Virus record (IMG/VR): IMGVR_UViG_3300012521_000003
Location: 4,659 to 68,658 of that record
Length of the DNA stretch: 64,000 nucleotides
Direction: 5' to 3' (one strand)
From: a virus
In this document: one piece after another, positions 25,703 to 35,360 of the stretch
Layout: each line of letters starts with the position of its first letter
How positions within the stretch are numbered: position 1 is the first letter of the stretch
The notes under the pieces: generated by a model
The model's database searches: none
The model's input: only the letters and a program-made list of their open reading frames with translations
Told to the model about the DNA's origin: nothing
Program-made: the position numbers and the translations under genes

Positions 25703-26317
25703 TTAGATGACCTCTTCCAAATCGTTTTGGAGCCTCTTACCTATACCTCTTAGTATCTGGGAGACCCTATTTCTACTTACACCTAAGGCTGCTCCTATCT
25801 GAGTATTATTCATTCCTACCAGCACCATCTGAAGACACTGACGCTCCCTCTTGCTAAGAGATAGACCACAGAGGAATTCAGTGGCCCCGAGATCATCTGT
25901 AACACTGGGCTCATCAGGTCTATATTCATCTCCGTCATTATCGGTGACGAATTGATCCAGACGAACCATATCCTCATAATTTAATTTGCGTGCGTTAGTC
26001 TCAAGCTGCTTCCTGAGTATCCACCTGATTTGGTTTGATAGGCTCTCGGTAAGGTATGTAATGAACTTAACTCCCTTTTCTGGGTCCCATTTATCACAGC
26101 AGTGTAGTAATCTGATTGCAAGCTCTTGATAGAGATCATCGGGATCCATACCAGGCATCTTTGTTTGGCTCTTCGATACTAGGAGGTTATGGTATCTTAA
26201 GAGCACCTGGTCGAAAGAGCATTCACGCCTTCGGAAGTGCATCACTACTTCTTCGTTAGACTTTCCTTTATATTGGTCCTCTGGGAGGTTTCTTCTTATT
26301 GACTCGGCTACCATCAT
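25703..26317 (-). CDS. Sigma-70 family alternative sigma factor (sporulation-sigma-like)
   Basis: Region 2 DDLYQE...CDKWDPEKGVKFITY; region 4 LSKRERQ...TQIGAALGVSRNRVSQI. Confidence 0.88.
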   Translation of the reverse strand: MMVAESIRRNLPEDQYKGKSNEEVVMHFRRRECSFDQVLLRYHNLLVSKSQTKMPGMDPDDLYQELAIRLLHCCDKWDPEKGVKFITYLTESLSNQIRWILRKQLETNARKLNYEDMVRLDQFVTDNDGDEYRPDEPSVTDDLGATEFLCGLSLSKRERQCLQMVLVGMNNTQIGAALGVSRNRVSQILRGIGKRLQNDLEEVI

Positions 26318-26336
26318 ACCATGCTCCTTTACTAAT

Positions 26337-27329
26337 TTAGTCTAAGATAGATAGGGGTCTTATCTCACATTTATCTAGGAGACCTGCTTGTAGTAGCGAG
26401 TTAGGATCCTTGAAGTACTGATCCCTCGGGTATACGAGCTCATATAAAGGGAAATAAGGCCTCAGCTTGTCCGCTGCCTTTTTCTTACATACGTACCCAG
26501 CTTTATCGTTGTCGAATGCGAGACATATAGGCTTGCCCTTTGCTACTCTGAGCAACTGCTTCAGCTGACTATCGAAGAGCTCCGCACCCTGGATACCTAC
26601 GCCATATTTCTCTATACAGTACCATGATAAGGTATCCATCTCGCCCTCTGACATATAGATCATGTCGACTTTTGGAAGGCATCGCTTTATCATAAACAAT
26701 CCATAGAGTAGGTCCTTCTTATCCGCCCCCTCCTCAATTATATACTTGGCAAACTTTGTATGGCTCAACGGCCTCTTCTTTATGAACATTATTTCTCCCT
26801 CTGCATTCCTCATTGGAATAGTCAGGGAATCGGTCTCGGGGTCGTATCCTATGTCGAACCAAGCTAATACCTCAGGTGTGAGTCCTCGCTTAAACATATA
26901 TGGATGGTCATAGTTATATAGATCTAGTACGGACTCAGGTATTGTTATTTTCTTGACATTTCTAGATCCGCCGATATTTAGGCTCTTTCTATGACCAGCG
27001 GCGGGGGTACTGAATTTCTTTAGTATCCACTTATAGCCACTTACAGCATTCTCTAGACCTAAGATATGAGCAACCATACCAGCTACTGTGTCGGCATAAC
27101 CGCAGCCAAAACAGTGTACTAGACCCTCATCCTTGCTTATAGCACAGCTCGGGGTTCTCTCTGGTTTGCCTCCGTGTAAATCGTATCGGGGGCATGTAAC
27201 AAAGATGTCATTCGAGCTATTTGTCCTATTCTTAAGGTAGTCTCCCTTACCTTGGATCAGAGCCTCTACTCTGATTGCATCGAGTAGCTCAGAGAGGTCC
27301 ACTGCGATCTGTCTTCCCCAGATAATCAT
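26337..27329 (-). CDS. dnaG: DNA primase
   Basis: CP..H....PS...HCFGC zinc finger; TOPRIM EGEMD and AFDNDKAG. Confidence 0.93.
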   Translation of the reverse strand: MIIWGRQIAVDLSELLDAIRVEALIQGKGDYLKNRTNSSNDIFVTCPRYDLHGGKPERTPSCAISKDEGLVHCFGCGYADTVAGMVAHILGLENAVSGYKWILKKFSTPAAGHRKSLNIGGSRNVKKITIPESVLDLYNYDHPYMFKRGLTPEVLAWFDIGYDPETDSLTIPMRNAEGEIMFIKKRPLSHTKFAKYIIEEGADKKDLLYGLFMIKRCLPKVDMIYMSEGEMDTLSWYCIEKYGVGIQGAELFDSQLKQLLRVAKGKPICLAFDNDKAGYVCKKKAADKLRPYFPLYELVYPRDQYFKDPNSLLQAGLLDKCEIRPLSILD

Positions 27330-27343
27330 AGTGGTCCCCCTAG

Positions 27344-27646
27344 TTATTCTTCGTCTACGTCATCGAATACTGATACGAACTCATGCTGACTATTAACGGG
27401 TACTATGAAATGATCTCCACTCAGGTCCTTAAACACCGCTCGGTCGAATGGCTTTGCATGCCTGATACGCTCAGTATGTACGGAGGATCTCATGGCTTCC
27501 TCGTCGCCATTAAAGAAGTATCTTAGTACTTCTGTCTCCGACAGTGGGATATGCCTCGGGAAGTACTTTATTAATTCTCCTGTGCCAATGATACCGAATT
27601 CTCTACTATAAACAGTATACTTTCGTCCTAACAATAAACGGACCAT
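27344..27646 (-). CDS. Hypothetical protein
   Basis: 100 aa with RBS AGGAGG. Confidence 0.7.
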   Translation of the reverse strand: MVRLLLGRKYTVYSREFGIIGTGELIKYFPRHIPLSETEVLRYFFNGDEEAMRSSVHTERIRHAKPFDRAVFKDLSGDHFIVPVNSQHEFVSVFDDVDEE

Positions 27647-27656
27647 AAGCTACCTC

Positions 27657-29012
27657 CTAGAATTGACTTGCCAAATTTTCGAGATCCTGAGCCGAGATCG
27701 GTTTCAGCAGACCGGTGTCAATATCCCAAGCCATTGCTGTGTCGAGGTTTGATCTACCGGTAGTGTTCTTCTTAAGGGAGATCTTGAGGATCCCATCCAG
27801 ATTCCTTATAGTGAGAATCTTGGTAGCGTCTTGTCCAACAGAGTCGGACTCAGCTATGTGTGAGAGCTCGGGTGTATTCTCCTTATTCTTTCCATGTAGC
27901 TTAGCGGCCTCTCTACCGGCCTGACAGTTGAGGTAGAATGGAATGTGGAGCTCATTGACTGCTTGTCTGATTGTTCTAGTTATGTGTATGTAGGATTCTC
28001 TGATGGACTTAAATCTTTGGCTGGGAGCTAACAAGCTTAGCTGGTCTATACCGACGATGTCTGGCTTTCTCTCTTGGACTATTTCTATAATATCCTCAAT
28101 CGTGTAGAACCCTTTGACACTGTCGCTATTGTCCATTACTTCAAACGGTACCTCGGAGCGAGAAATTGTCTCAATCCATTCTCTATAGTCTTCGGTGCTC
28201 TTGGCGGGACGACCATTCTCCCAATTGACAACATCACGACCGGTCATAAGAGCGAAGTTGCTGAAATGTGCTAGGAGAGAGTCTGCTCTGAAACCTACAA
28301 CCTCTTTAGGATTTTCTAGAGAGAAGAGCAGCACGCTCTTGTTCTGCATCTGCCATGGGTTAAGGAGTAGATATTCGAGTATCCAAGATTTACCCTCACC
28401 GGGTCTACCGACTATACCTACAAAGTCCGTCTCCCATACGCCACCGGTCTCTTCGTCAAATGATTTTATTCCGAAGACAGAGCCTATCTTACCTCTTAAC
28501 TCGAGACGCCTCAGATACTCTTGGTACCTGATGTGAGCCTCCTTGAAGATATCCATTCCTCTGGAGAATCTGACGAGGCTAACTTCCTTGAGTATAGCCT
28601 CCGCCTTCTCCTTCATTAAACGGGCTGCTTCAATACTATCACTCTTGGCTACATCGTCGATTTCTCTCAGAGCCGTAGCAACTAGAGAATAACCTTTTTC
28701 CTCCTTGATGCGGAAGACCATTGCTTGCTCCGCCTCATTGACGTCGAAGCAGGGGAAGTCTGGATACTTGTCCAAGAAGGTGGTCTCATCTGGGACTCTA
28801 CGGTACTTAGCCTCATGGTCTAGTATAAACTTGAATTCCTCGTCATAGGAGGTAAAGTAGCTGGAATCGAGACCGTTTGATGTTACTATAGAGAGGGATC
28901 GAGTTTGGAGTATGTAGTTTATTATTTGTGCTTCTACTACTGAGCCTACTGAGGGCTCTTCTTGTCCCCCGGCCTCATTTTCATCATCGTATATGATATT
29001 CTCGTCGCTCAT
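27657..29012 (-). CDS. dnaB: Replicative DNA helicase
   Basis: GRPGEGKS, FSLE, IDQLSLL, IAESDSVGQDA, LKKNTTG. Confidence 0.93.
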   Translation of the reverse strand: MSDENIIYDDENEAGGQEEPSVGSVVEAQIINYILQTRSLSIVTSNGLDSSYFTSYDEEFKFILDHEAKYRRVPDETTFLDKYPDFPCFDVNEAEQAMVFRIKEEKGYSLVATALREIDDVAKSDSIEAARLMKEKAEAILKEVSLVRFSRGMDIFKEAHIRYQEYLRRLELRGKIGSVFGIKSFDEETGGVWETDFVGIVGRPGEGKSWILEYLLLNPWQMQNKSVLLFSLENPKEVVGFRADSLLAHFSNFALMTGRDVVNWENGRPAKSTEDYREWIETISRSEVPFEVMDNSDSVKGFYTIEDIIEIVQERKPDIVGIDQLSLLAPSQRFKSIRESYIHITRTIRQAVNELHIPFYLNCQAGREAAKLHGKNKENTPELSHIAESDSVGQDATKILTIRNLDGILKISLKKNTTGRSNLDTAMAWDIDTGLLKPISAQDLENLASQF

Positions 29013-29014
29013 AT

Positions 29015-29716
29015 TCAGCCTCCTACTCTATGGTCGGTACCTTTGAAGGGTACCTGTATAGTGCTCCCGACTATTCTGCTGTATATTCTTGAGCCTAGAG
29101 TATCTTGGAGCTCCTCTGGGGTACAGTTACTTGTATAGATTGTCGCGAGCTTGTGGTTTACTCTGAAGTTAATTAGCGAGTATAATCGTTCCTTAACCCA
29201 GTCACTCGGTTTCTCAGCTCCTATATCATCGAGTAATAGGAGTGCGGGGGCCGTAGTAGGGCTGAATTGGAGCTCCATGAACCGAGTCATCCAATCTGAG
29301 GGGTTGTTCATCTCTCTTCTGAGAGTCTCTAGGTAGTCAACTACATTTATGTATGCCACTGGAGTATCGACGTCAGTAGTGATAAATCTACCTGCCGTGT
29401 GGTAGAGATATTTGAGAAGTAGGGCGCATCCTACAGTGGTTTTCCCGTTTCCAGTTGTTCTACTATAAATAAAAGCGCCCTCGCCATTGTCTACGCGTTG
29501 AGTTAGCTCTCTAACATAAGCCCTGAACCCAGAGCCTTGTATTCTGATTATATCTCCTGGATGTACATTACCGGGTAGATAGGCTGGGGGCATTCCGGCT
29601 TTTTTAAGATAGACATGAGTGGCTAGATAGTTCATACCAGTCTTCGAGCATTCTGTGCAATTGACTTCATCAAGTGCACAGACATAATAGAAGGGACAGT
29701 CCCGGGGCTTAGGCAT
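29015..29716 (-). CDS. dnaC: DnaC/IstB-like helicase loader ATPase
   Basis: TGNGKT, LLLDDIGAE, RLYSLINFR, TIYTSN, RIYSRI. Confidence 0.9.
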   Translation of the reverse strand: MPKPRDCPFYYVCALDEVNCTECSKTGMNYLATHVYLKKAGMPPAYLPGNVHPGDIIRIQGSGFRAYVRELTQRVDNGEGAFIYSRTTGNGKTTVGCALLLKYLYHTAGRFITTDVDTPVAYINVVDYLETLRREMNNPSDWMTRFMELQFSPTTAPALLLLDDIGAEKPSDWVKERLYSLINFRVNHKLATIYTSNCTPEELQDTLGSRIYSRIVGSTIQVPFKGTDHRVGG

Positions 29717-31127
29717 TTTCTAACTCCTCCTTTATTCGTTCGATCGGATAGCTCATATCAGTTAACCAAGGCTTGTCGTTAAGGAGCCCTTGCTCATACT
29801 TCTCATTAAAGAGGTCTACTAGTCTATCTCCCTCAGGACCAAGCTCATCGAATCTGTAAATCAATCTCATGTCGAATGGAGCCAGCGCTATTTTCTGAGC
29901 TTTTGATTTCTGACCCTCGAGTCTAAGCTCGGTAGCCTTCTTGAGCTTTTCGGCCCTCTTAGCAGTGGCTAATATGAGAGAAATTAACCAAGGCTGAGTC
30001 AGACTGGTTACTGTAGGGTACGGATACTTGTCCTTCGGGATACTCGGACATTTGTCATAATATTCGATCACTGAGTCTATTATAGAGACCCACTGATCCA
30101 TTGGATACTTGTCCATGAAGGAGTTCTTTAGTATCGCCAGGCTCTTTGGGGACGTGTCGTTCTTACGATAGTAAGGGAGATTGAAGGTCTCGAGGTATTT
30201 CTTCGCGAAGTACTCTACTATATCCTTGGCAGTAGCTTCACCGCCGGAGAGTAAACGTTCAATTCCCTTGAGCTTCTTGGCTTTAGCCTTTGAAGTTATA
30301 GGGTTCTGACTCTCAGTTATCCCAAAGTTAGTTGGTATGGAGTCCAGTTCTGCCCCGATCGCCGAAACGTTTACGATTTCGACTACCTGGTTTCTTGGGG
30401 ACGGGGAATACTCAAGACTAGGAATCTCCTCCCCTTCTCCATCTTCGCGAGGCTCGACCTCGCGAGTAGTTTTATAACTATTGTTTTTATTAGTATTGTT
30501 ATTAGTATAAGCACCACGTACGGTGCCTGTGTAACCTTTTGAGCACTGCGTACGGTGCCTGTGTGACCTTTCATCGTCAGCGCAAATGGTGCCTGTGTAA
30601 CCAACTTCCAAAGGTAATTCACTGACCTCATCGTCTTCTTTGAGCCGAGGAGACTCCTCTCTACGAAAGCGTTTCTTAACCCCGGTGTCCTTGAGCAGCT
30701 TATCGATGTCTCGCTGTACCGCAACCATCACCCTGAAATCGTAATACTTGGTGTTGAACCTATTACCGGGAATTCTCTCTGACTTAACTAGGCCTAGATC
30801 AGATAGTACAGCTAAGTGTCTGCGCACAGTGTTAACATGGAGATCGAGATATTCAGCTATTATCTCATCGCTGACGTGACACATACCTGTGTTGGCCCAC
30901 TTATCGCCAAGATGGCCGACCTCTTCTAGGGACAAAATAGCTAGGAATACCCTGAGCGTTCCGCCATCGCTCAGAATTCTCTCTAGCCCTTTTGGTACCT
31001 TATTGTAGGAGCATTTTAATTGGTCGAGGTCATAGATCCGATTGTCTTTGAAGTCGCTTGTCAACTCATATGTACTCGATGTATTCATCTTAGCCCCGCC
31101 CCCGAATTTTTGATTTAACGAGCTCAA
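29709..31127 (-). CDS. Replication initiator protein (winged HTH); start may be 31088
   Basis: N-terminal HTH IAEYLDLHVNTVRRHLAVLSDLGLV; internal iterons; lies upstream of dnaC and dnaB. Confidence 0.8.
   Translation of the reverse strand: MSSLNQKFGGGAKMNTSSTYELTSDFKDNRIYDLDQLKCSYNKVPKGLERILSDGGTLRVFLAILSLEEVGHLGDKWANTGMCHVSDEIIAEYLDLHVNTVRRHLAVLSDLGLVKSERIPGNRFNTKYYDFRVMVAVQRDIDKLLKDTGVKKRFRREESPRLKEDDEVSELPLEVGYTGTICADDERSHRHRTQCSKGYTGTVRGAYTNNNTNKNNSYKTTREVEPREDGEGEEIPSLEYSPSPRNQVVEIVNVSAIGAELDSIPTNFGITESQNPITSKAKAKKLKGIERLLSGGEATAKDIVEYFAKKYLETFNLPYYRKNDTSPKSLAILKNSFMDKYPMDQWVSIIDSVIEYYDKCPSIPKDKYPYPTVTSLTQPWLISLILATAKRAEKLKKATELRLEGQKSKAQKIALAPFDMRLIYRFDELGPEGDRLVDLFNEKYEQGLLNDKPWLTDMSYPIERIKEELENA
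30470..30602. promoter_or_regulatory. Replication origin: three iterons plus an AT-rich tract
   Basis: GGTGCCTGTGTRACC at 30522, 30554 and 30588; AT-rich 30470-30510; inside the initiator gene. Confidence 0.75.
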
Positions 31128-31521
31128 TTGCAGCCTCTACCTTATCCGGCTGAGTGAACAGACACCTAAGCTCTTTAGATAGTTCCTCAAGTTCCTCGTC
31201 GGGGTCAAGAAACTCCAAGATCGGTTCACCATTCACTCTTAGTGTCTCTAGCTCATTAAGGGCTGCATTGAACTGAGCCTTGGTCATAGTCGACTTGAAG
31301 TTCTCCTCGTAGATGACCTCAAGAGGGGGAACCTTTGTCTCATACTTTATACTCTCGTAGAGATAAAGGGTACAGTATACAGACCAAGCCTCGGGGGACA
31401 TGAGAGGCTTTATCTTACTAACAACAAACCGATCGAGCTGTATAGGGAGTGCCCTATTTATAACTCGGTCGACCTGAGAGTCTGGAGTATAATAGCCATT
31501 CAGTCTGAGCCTTATGTACAT
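31090..31521 (-). CDS. Hypothetical protein, possible winged helix
   Basis: 143 aa; AWSVYCTLYL...TKAQFNAALNELE. Confidence 0.65.
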   Translation of the reverse strand: MYIRLRLNGYYTPDSQVDRVINRALPIQLDRFVVSKIKPLMSPEAWSVYCTLYLYESIKYETKVPPLEVIYEENFKSTMTKAQFNAALNELETLRVNGEPILEFLDPDEELEELSKELRCLFTQPDKVEAAIELVKSKIRGRG

Positions 31522-31535
31522 GATTGCCCTCCTAC

Positions 31536-31745
31536 TTACTCGGAGTCGTCGCTCATGTCTATACCATAGTCTTCTAGCTGCTTAGAGAGCTCGTTGTCTA
31601 CAACTTCGAAGGCGCGCTTGAAACAAGCTTGTAAGTCGTCGCTCTCTTCTACTGTTACTGTTATTCCTGTATTAGCTTTCAGCCAAACACCCTTTTTATC
31701 GATGGATACTCCAACGGAGACGTTAATTTCTCGAACTTTTGCCAT
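31536..31745 (-). CDS. Hypothetical protein
   Basis: 69 aa with RBS GGGAGG. Confidence 0.7.
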   Translation of the reverse strand: MAKVREINVSVGVSIDKKGVWLKANTGITVTVEESDDLQACFKRAFEVVDNELSKQLEDYGIDMSDDSE

Positions 31746-31887
31746 AGTCTGCCCTCCCTACTATCTGTTCTAGTTGTTTACGATACTCAATCGCGTCCTC
31801 CTCTGTGAAGGAGTTGGCAGGCTCACAGAGATAGCAGCTACTGCAATCTCCAAGGCCCTCTATCTGACATCTCTCACACTGATCCAT
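31723..31887 (-). CDS. Small Cys-rich protein (54 aa), absent from the ORF track
   Basis: AGGAGG RBS; MDQCERCQIEGLGDCSSCYLCEP...; fills the gap between neighbouring genes. Confidence 0.65.
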   Translation of the reverse strand: MDQCERCQIEGLGDCSSCYLCEPANSFTEEDAIEYRKQLEQIVGRADYGKSSRN

Positions 31888-32413
31888 TCTGAACCTCCTG
31901 TAATTTCTTTAGTCCTTCTAGTACAGATCTAGATCTGTCTCTCATCTCCACATAATAGGCTGGTCTGTGGAGATCCTTAACATCTATTCTGTTCTGCCAG
32001 TGAGCCAGGGCCTCGGAGACTATGTCTATCATAGTTTGATAGTTCTTTTCTCTGAACCAAGCTTTGCAGAGCTTTCTAGCCAACTGTATCTTCGGTTGAC
32101 GTAGAGTATAAGGTATATCTCGCTTTAATAGCTCGGATCTTAGAAAATCTCTCCTGACCTGTTTCTCGACTACAATCGAGGTAGAGATTAGAAGAGGGAT
32201 TACATCCCGGAGGTCTGACTCGTCATCCTTACGAGCTTTCTTCTGGTCTAAAGCCTCACATACGGCACACTTTTCAGTGATACCGTAAGCTTTAAGCATA
32301 GACTCTGGGGCTACTATCACCTTAGCTTCCGGATTAAGGGTCTTACATCTTGGGTAAGAGTGCCACTTGGTACCCGGAGACCCTGTGGCACTCCTCTGAA
32401 TGTACTTCTTCAT
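31874..32413 (-). CDS. Hypothetical protein with N-terminal His/Cys metal-binding motif
   Basis: WHSYPRC...CAVC. Confidence 0.7.
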   Translation of the reverse strand: MKKYIQRSATGSPGTKWHSYPRCKTLNPEAKVIVAPESMLKAYGITEKCAVCEALDQKKARKDDESDLRDVIPLLISTSIVVEKQVRRDFLRSELLKRDIPYTLRQPKIQLARKLCKAWFREKNYQTMIDIVSEALAHWQNRIDVKDLHRPAYYVEMRDRSRSVLEGLKKLQEVQNGSV

Positions 32414-33027
32414 TTTACCGACAGGGAGACTACGAGATTTTCGTTTATACAGGCTTCCTTAAACTTCCTTGCGTCTATCTCCCTGTTATAAACAGCCCTC
32501 TCGAGAGCAGACTCATTGACTACCTCTTTCAGGGCTATAAGATCCTCTCTACCAATAGACTTCAGATAAGCTACTGCTCTATCCTCGTCTATCTTGGACC
32601 TATCCTGTATAGAGGTCGATACCTTAAAGCCCTCGATCACCATTGAGAACTTAGTATGGGCGAGAACCTTATAAGGATCTCTAGAGAGATAGTCATTTAT
32701 CATCTCCTCAGTTATGCCCTCCTCGTTGAGCTTGTCCAAGAGACCATTTATTTCATTCTCTATCTCAGCCAGCTCGGTAGGATCCTCTGTCTCACCTAAC
32801 TGATTACGGAGCTGATTGATCCTATCTATGTCCTCTTGATGGGGCTCTATAGCGTCCTCAAGGTTACTGTAGAGAAATTCTGCCAATATCCTCTTGATCT
32901 CCTTGTTCAGGATGTTGGCTTCGTTCTCTAGGTCCTTTATCTGTGCCTTGAGTCCATAGAACCTACTAAGGGTCTCTTTGGGAATAATCGGGGTAGATGA
33001 CAAGGTTTCGGCTAGATTTTCCATCAT
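32410..33027 (-). CDS. Hypothetical coiled-coil phage protein
   Basis: 205 aa; RBS AAGGAGG; promoter upstream. Confidence 0.7.
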   Translation of the reverse strand: MMENLAETLSSTPIIPKETLSRFYGLKAQIKDLENEANILNKEIKRILAEFLYSNLEDAIEPHQEDIDRINQLRNQLGETEDPTELAEIENEINGLLDKLNEEGITEEMINDYLSRDPYKVLAHTKFSMVIEGFKVSTSIQDRSKIDEDRAVAYLKSIGREDLIALKEVVNESALERAVYNREIDARKFKEACINENLVVSLSVK

Positions 33028-33048
33028 AATTTTTCCTCCTTCATAAAA

Positions 33049-33077
33049 ATTATAGCACTAGAGGCATTATTTGTAAA
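33049..33077 (-). promoter_or_regulatory. Strong sigmaA-type promoter
   Basis: TTTACA-N17-TATAAT with TGn extension. Confidence 0.75.
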
Positions 33078-33419
33078 CTAGCTAAGAGACGAAACGGCTC
33101 GTATAACGCCTTCAGAGTTTAAAAGGTCCATACTTACGAAGCGTCTCTCACGTCTCTTACCCTTAATTTCTGCTACAATACTTATGTAGATACCGAGGCC
33201 CAGATCCTTATTATATTCTAGGAGATGCTCCTCAACCTCATCTTCGGTAACACAGAGGTCCTCGGACAGTTCTTTTACTAAGTTCTGAAAAGAATAATTA
33301 CCAAGTCGAACGAGTCTCTTTATATCCATAGATACTATCGCTCTGAGAGCTGTGCCCTCAAGCTTAGTCGGCCATTCGTACTCTTCGGTACAGGCTCCAT
33401 TTATTCTCACAATTCTCAT
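33078..33419 (-). CDS. Hypothetical protein
   Basis: 113 aa ORF in operon. Confidence 0.65.
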   Translation of the reverse strand: MRIVRINGACTEEYEWPTKLEGTALRAIVSMDIKRLVRLGNYSFQNLVKELSEDLCVTEDEVEEHLLEYNKDLGLGIYISIVAEIKGKRRERRFVSMDLLNSEGVIRAVSSLS

Positions 33420-33421
33420 CT

Positions 33422-33640
33422 CTATTCTCCTTTCAGATAGGTATTAATGTAGATGCAGTCTCTTCCGACTTTTAGCTGAGAGAACTTAACAGGCTTCTTA
33501 TAGATTAAGCCTTCTCTGGGCTTAAATACAGAGGACTGAACGAGTAGATCTCCATCGAACTGGAGGAGAAAGTCTATAAGATCCGCCACGGTCATCTCAT
33601 GGTCGAAGTCAAATCTACGTTTAATTGCCATGTTCATCAC
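33422..33640 (-). CDS. Hypothetical protein
   Basis: 72 aa ORF in operon. Confidence 0.6.
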   Translation of the reverse strand: MMNMAIKRRFDFDHEMTVADLIDFLLQFDGDLLVQSSVFKPREGLIYKKPVKFSQLKVGRDCIYINTYLKGE

Positions 33641-35360
33641 TCCCCTCTATACCTAATAATTTATAGACTAGATCCTTGCGGAATACTTGAACGGATTTAT
33701 CCTCTGCGCCAACTAACTGATCTATGAGGTCCTTGTCATTAACGAGGATTTCGAGTACATGCTCATCGACTGTGTTCTCACAGTATAGATAATAGATATT
33801 TACTGTGTTCTGCTGTCCTCTTCTCCAAGCACGTGTGATAGCCTGCTCATTGTCGTTGACATTGTAGCTCATGTCTAGGAGAATAACATTCGAGGCTGCA
33901 TACATATCATAAGACTCTTTGCAAGCATGTATCGAGCCTACCATCACCCAGCAGTTGGGATCCTCCTGGAATCTATCAACCTCCGCTTGAGCCTTCTTTG
34001 AAGACATACTGCCGACTACATGGGCGGGGTTGAATTCCTTCAATAGTTCTACTAATCTTAGGACCTCTTCAACGTATATAGAGAATATTATTACTTTCTC
34101 CTCGTTAGCTACCATATTCTTAACCATCTCTAGGACGACCTCTTCTTTTATAGAGGGAGCGTCTGAGCCTACTAGCATTGGGTTAGAAGTTATCTGACGT
34201 AGCCTCAAGATTTTAGTCATCTGTGACGCTGTAATAGCCTTGGTGCCCTTAAGCTCCTCTCTAAGCTGTAGTAGACAGCTATTATAGAAGGCTGCTTGCT
34301 TTGGATGCATCTCTAGGGCTACATACTCTGGTCTTGGTTCTTTCAGATGGAGTAGCCCCTTAGGTCTACGGATCATTATGGATTGCAGCTTCTGAGAAAG
34401 CTCCTGTAGGTTCTTATATCCAGTTATTCTACCCCAATGGTCGAATATACAGTAGCGATTCTTGAAAGACCATATATCCCTGGTCTCAACTTTCATAAGT
34501 CTGAGAGTACTATACAGGTCCTCAGCCTTCTTACCGACTGGAGTACCAGTACCCATTATGAGTAGCTCTGGATCTATGTACTCGATTAGATTGACTATCT
34601 TAACAGTCAGATGCTTTTTCTGTTCGGAGACGTTCTTACGAACTTCGAAGTTTTTGATCTTCTGACTCTCATCTATGATGACTCCATCGAATATCAGATT
34701 GTCGGCTAGTTTCTTAAGCTCCTCTCGATGGTTTGCCGCAGCCTCATAGCCGATTATCAGATAGTAGTCATCATTATAATAGAAGTCCCTCATCTGCTGT
34801 AGTCTCTTTTCTCTGGGCCCATCGACTACTGTGGCAGTACTATTGGTATGGATCTTTATCTGGCGGAGCATATTGTACTTATACTTTGCTCCACATATGA
34901 ATAGTATCTTCCTATACCCCCGGGCTATTTTTCGGTACTCACAAACGTCTAGATACTCTTTTGTTTTACCGAGTCCCATTGGGTCTGCGTTTAGAACTCT
35001 GTCTCTCTTGAGCATCTCGTTAAAGAACTCTATCTGCCAAGGATCCATTGGAGTCTTAGGCTGATAATCCGCCTGTATCGTGAGCGTCTTGAGATACTCC
35101 TCATATTCCTGAAGGCTTGAGAAGTTACGGACCCGCTCCTCCTCAATTTCACCGTAGAAGGAAATATTCGGAAACTTCTTAACTATGTCACTGAAATAAG
35201 AGAGTGGAACCTCCCACATCTTCAGGTCTTTATGATAGTGCCTCATAGGGAACTCTCTGATAGCAGCGACAAAGAGTTCGTCATAAGGCTTAGACCAAAG
35301 CCAGAGGCTCTCGGGTCTGTTTTTATACTGCTTAGACGGAGCTTTCTTACAATAGATCAT
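33621..35360 (-). CDS. SNF2-family helicase
   Basis: ADPMGLGKT, IIDESQKIKN, GTGTP, QAITRAWRRGQ. Confidence 0.92.
   Translation of the reverse strand: MIYCKKAPSKQYKNRPESLWLWSKPYDELFVAAIREFPMRHYHKDLKMWEVPLSYFSDIVKKFPNISFYGEIEEERVRNFSSLQEYEEYLKTLTIQADYQPKTPMDPWQIEFFNEMLKRDRVLNADPMGLGKTKEYLDVCEYRKIARGYRKILFICGAKYKYNMLRQIKIHTNSTATVVDGPREKRLQQMRDFYYNDDYYLIIGYEAAANHREELKKLADNLIFDGVIIDESQKIKNFEVRKNVSEQKKHLTVKIVNLIEYIDPELLIMGTGTPVGKKAEDLYSTLRLMKVETRDIWSFKNRYCIFDHWGRITGYKNLQELSQKLQSIMIRRPKGLLHLKEPRPEYVALEMHPKQAAFYNSCLLQLREELKGTKAITASQMTKILRLRQITSNPMLVGSDAPSIKEEVVLEMVKNMVANEEKVIIFSIYVEEVLRLVELLKEFNPAHVVGSMSSKKAQAEVDRFQEDPNCWVMVGSIHACKESYDMYAASNVILLDMSYNVNDNEQAITRAWRRGQQNTVNIYYLYCENTVDEHVLEILVNDKDLIDQLVGAEDKSVQVFRKDLVYKLLGIEGSDEHGN

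Noticed and set aside
9792-29012. Inteins or introns in nrdJ, polA or dnaB
   Set aside because: Protein lengths are normal, with no splice-junction (C...HN) or homing endonuclease motifs; the PolA insertion is too short
30522-30602. Spaced repeats as a mini-CRISPR array
   Set aside because: 15-bp repeats with 17-19 bp spacers inside a coding initiator gene fit iterons, not CRISPR
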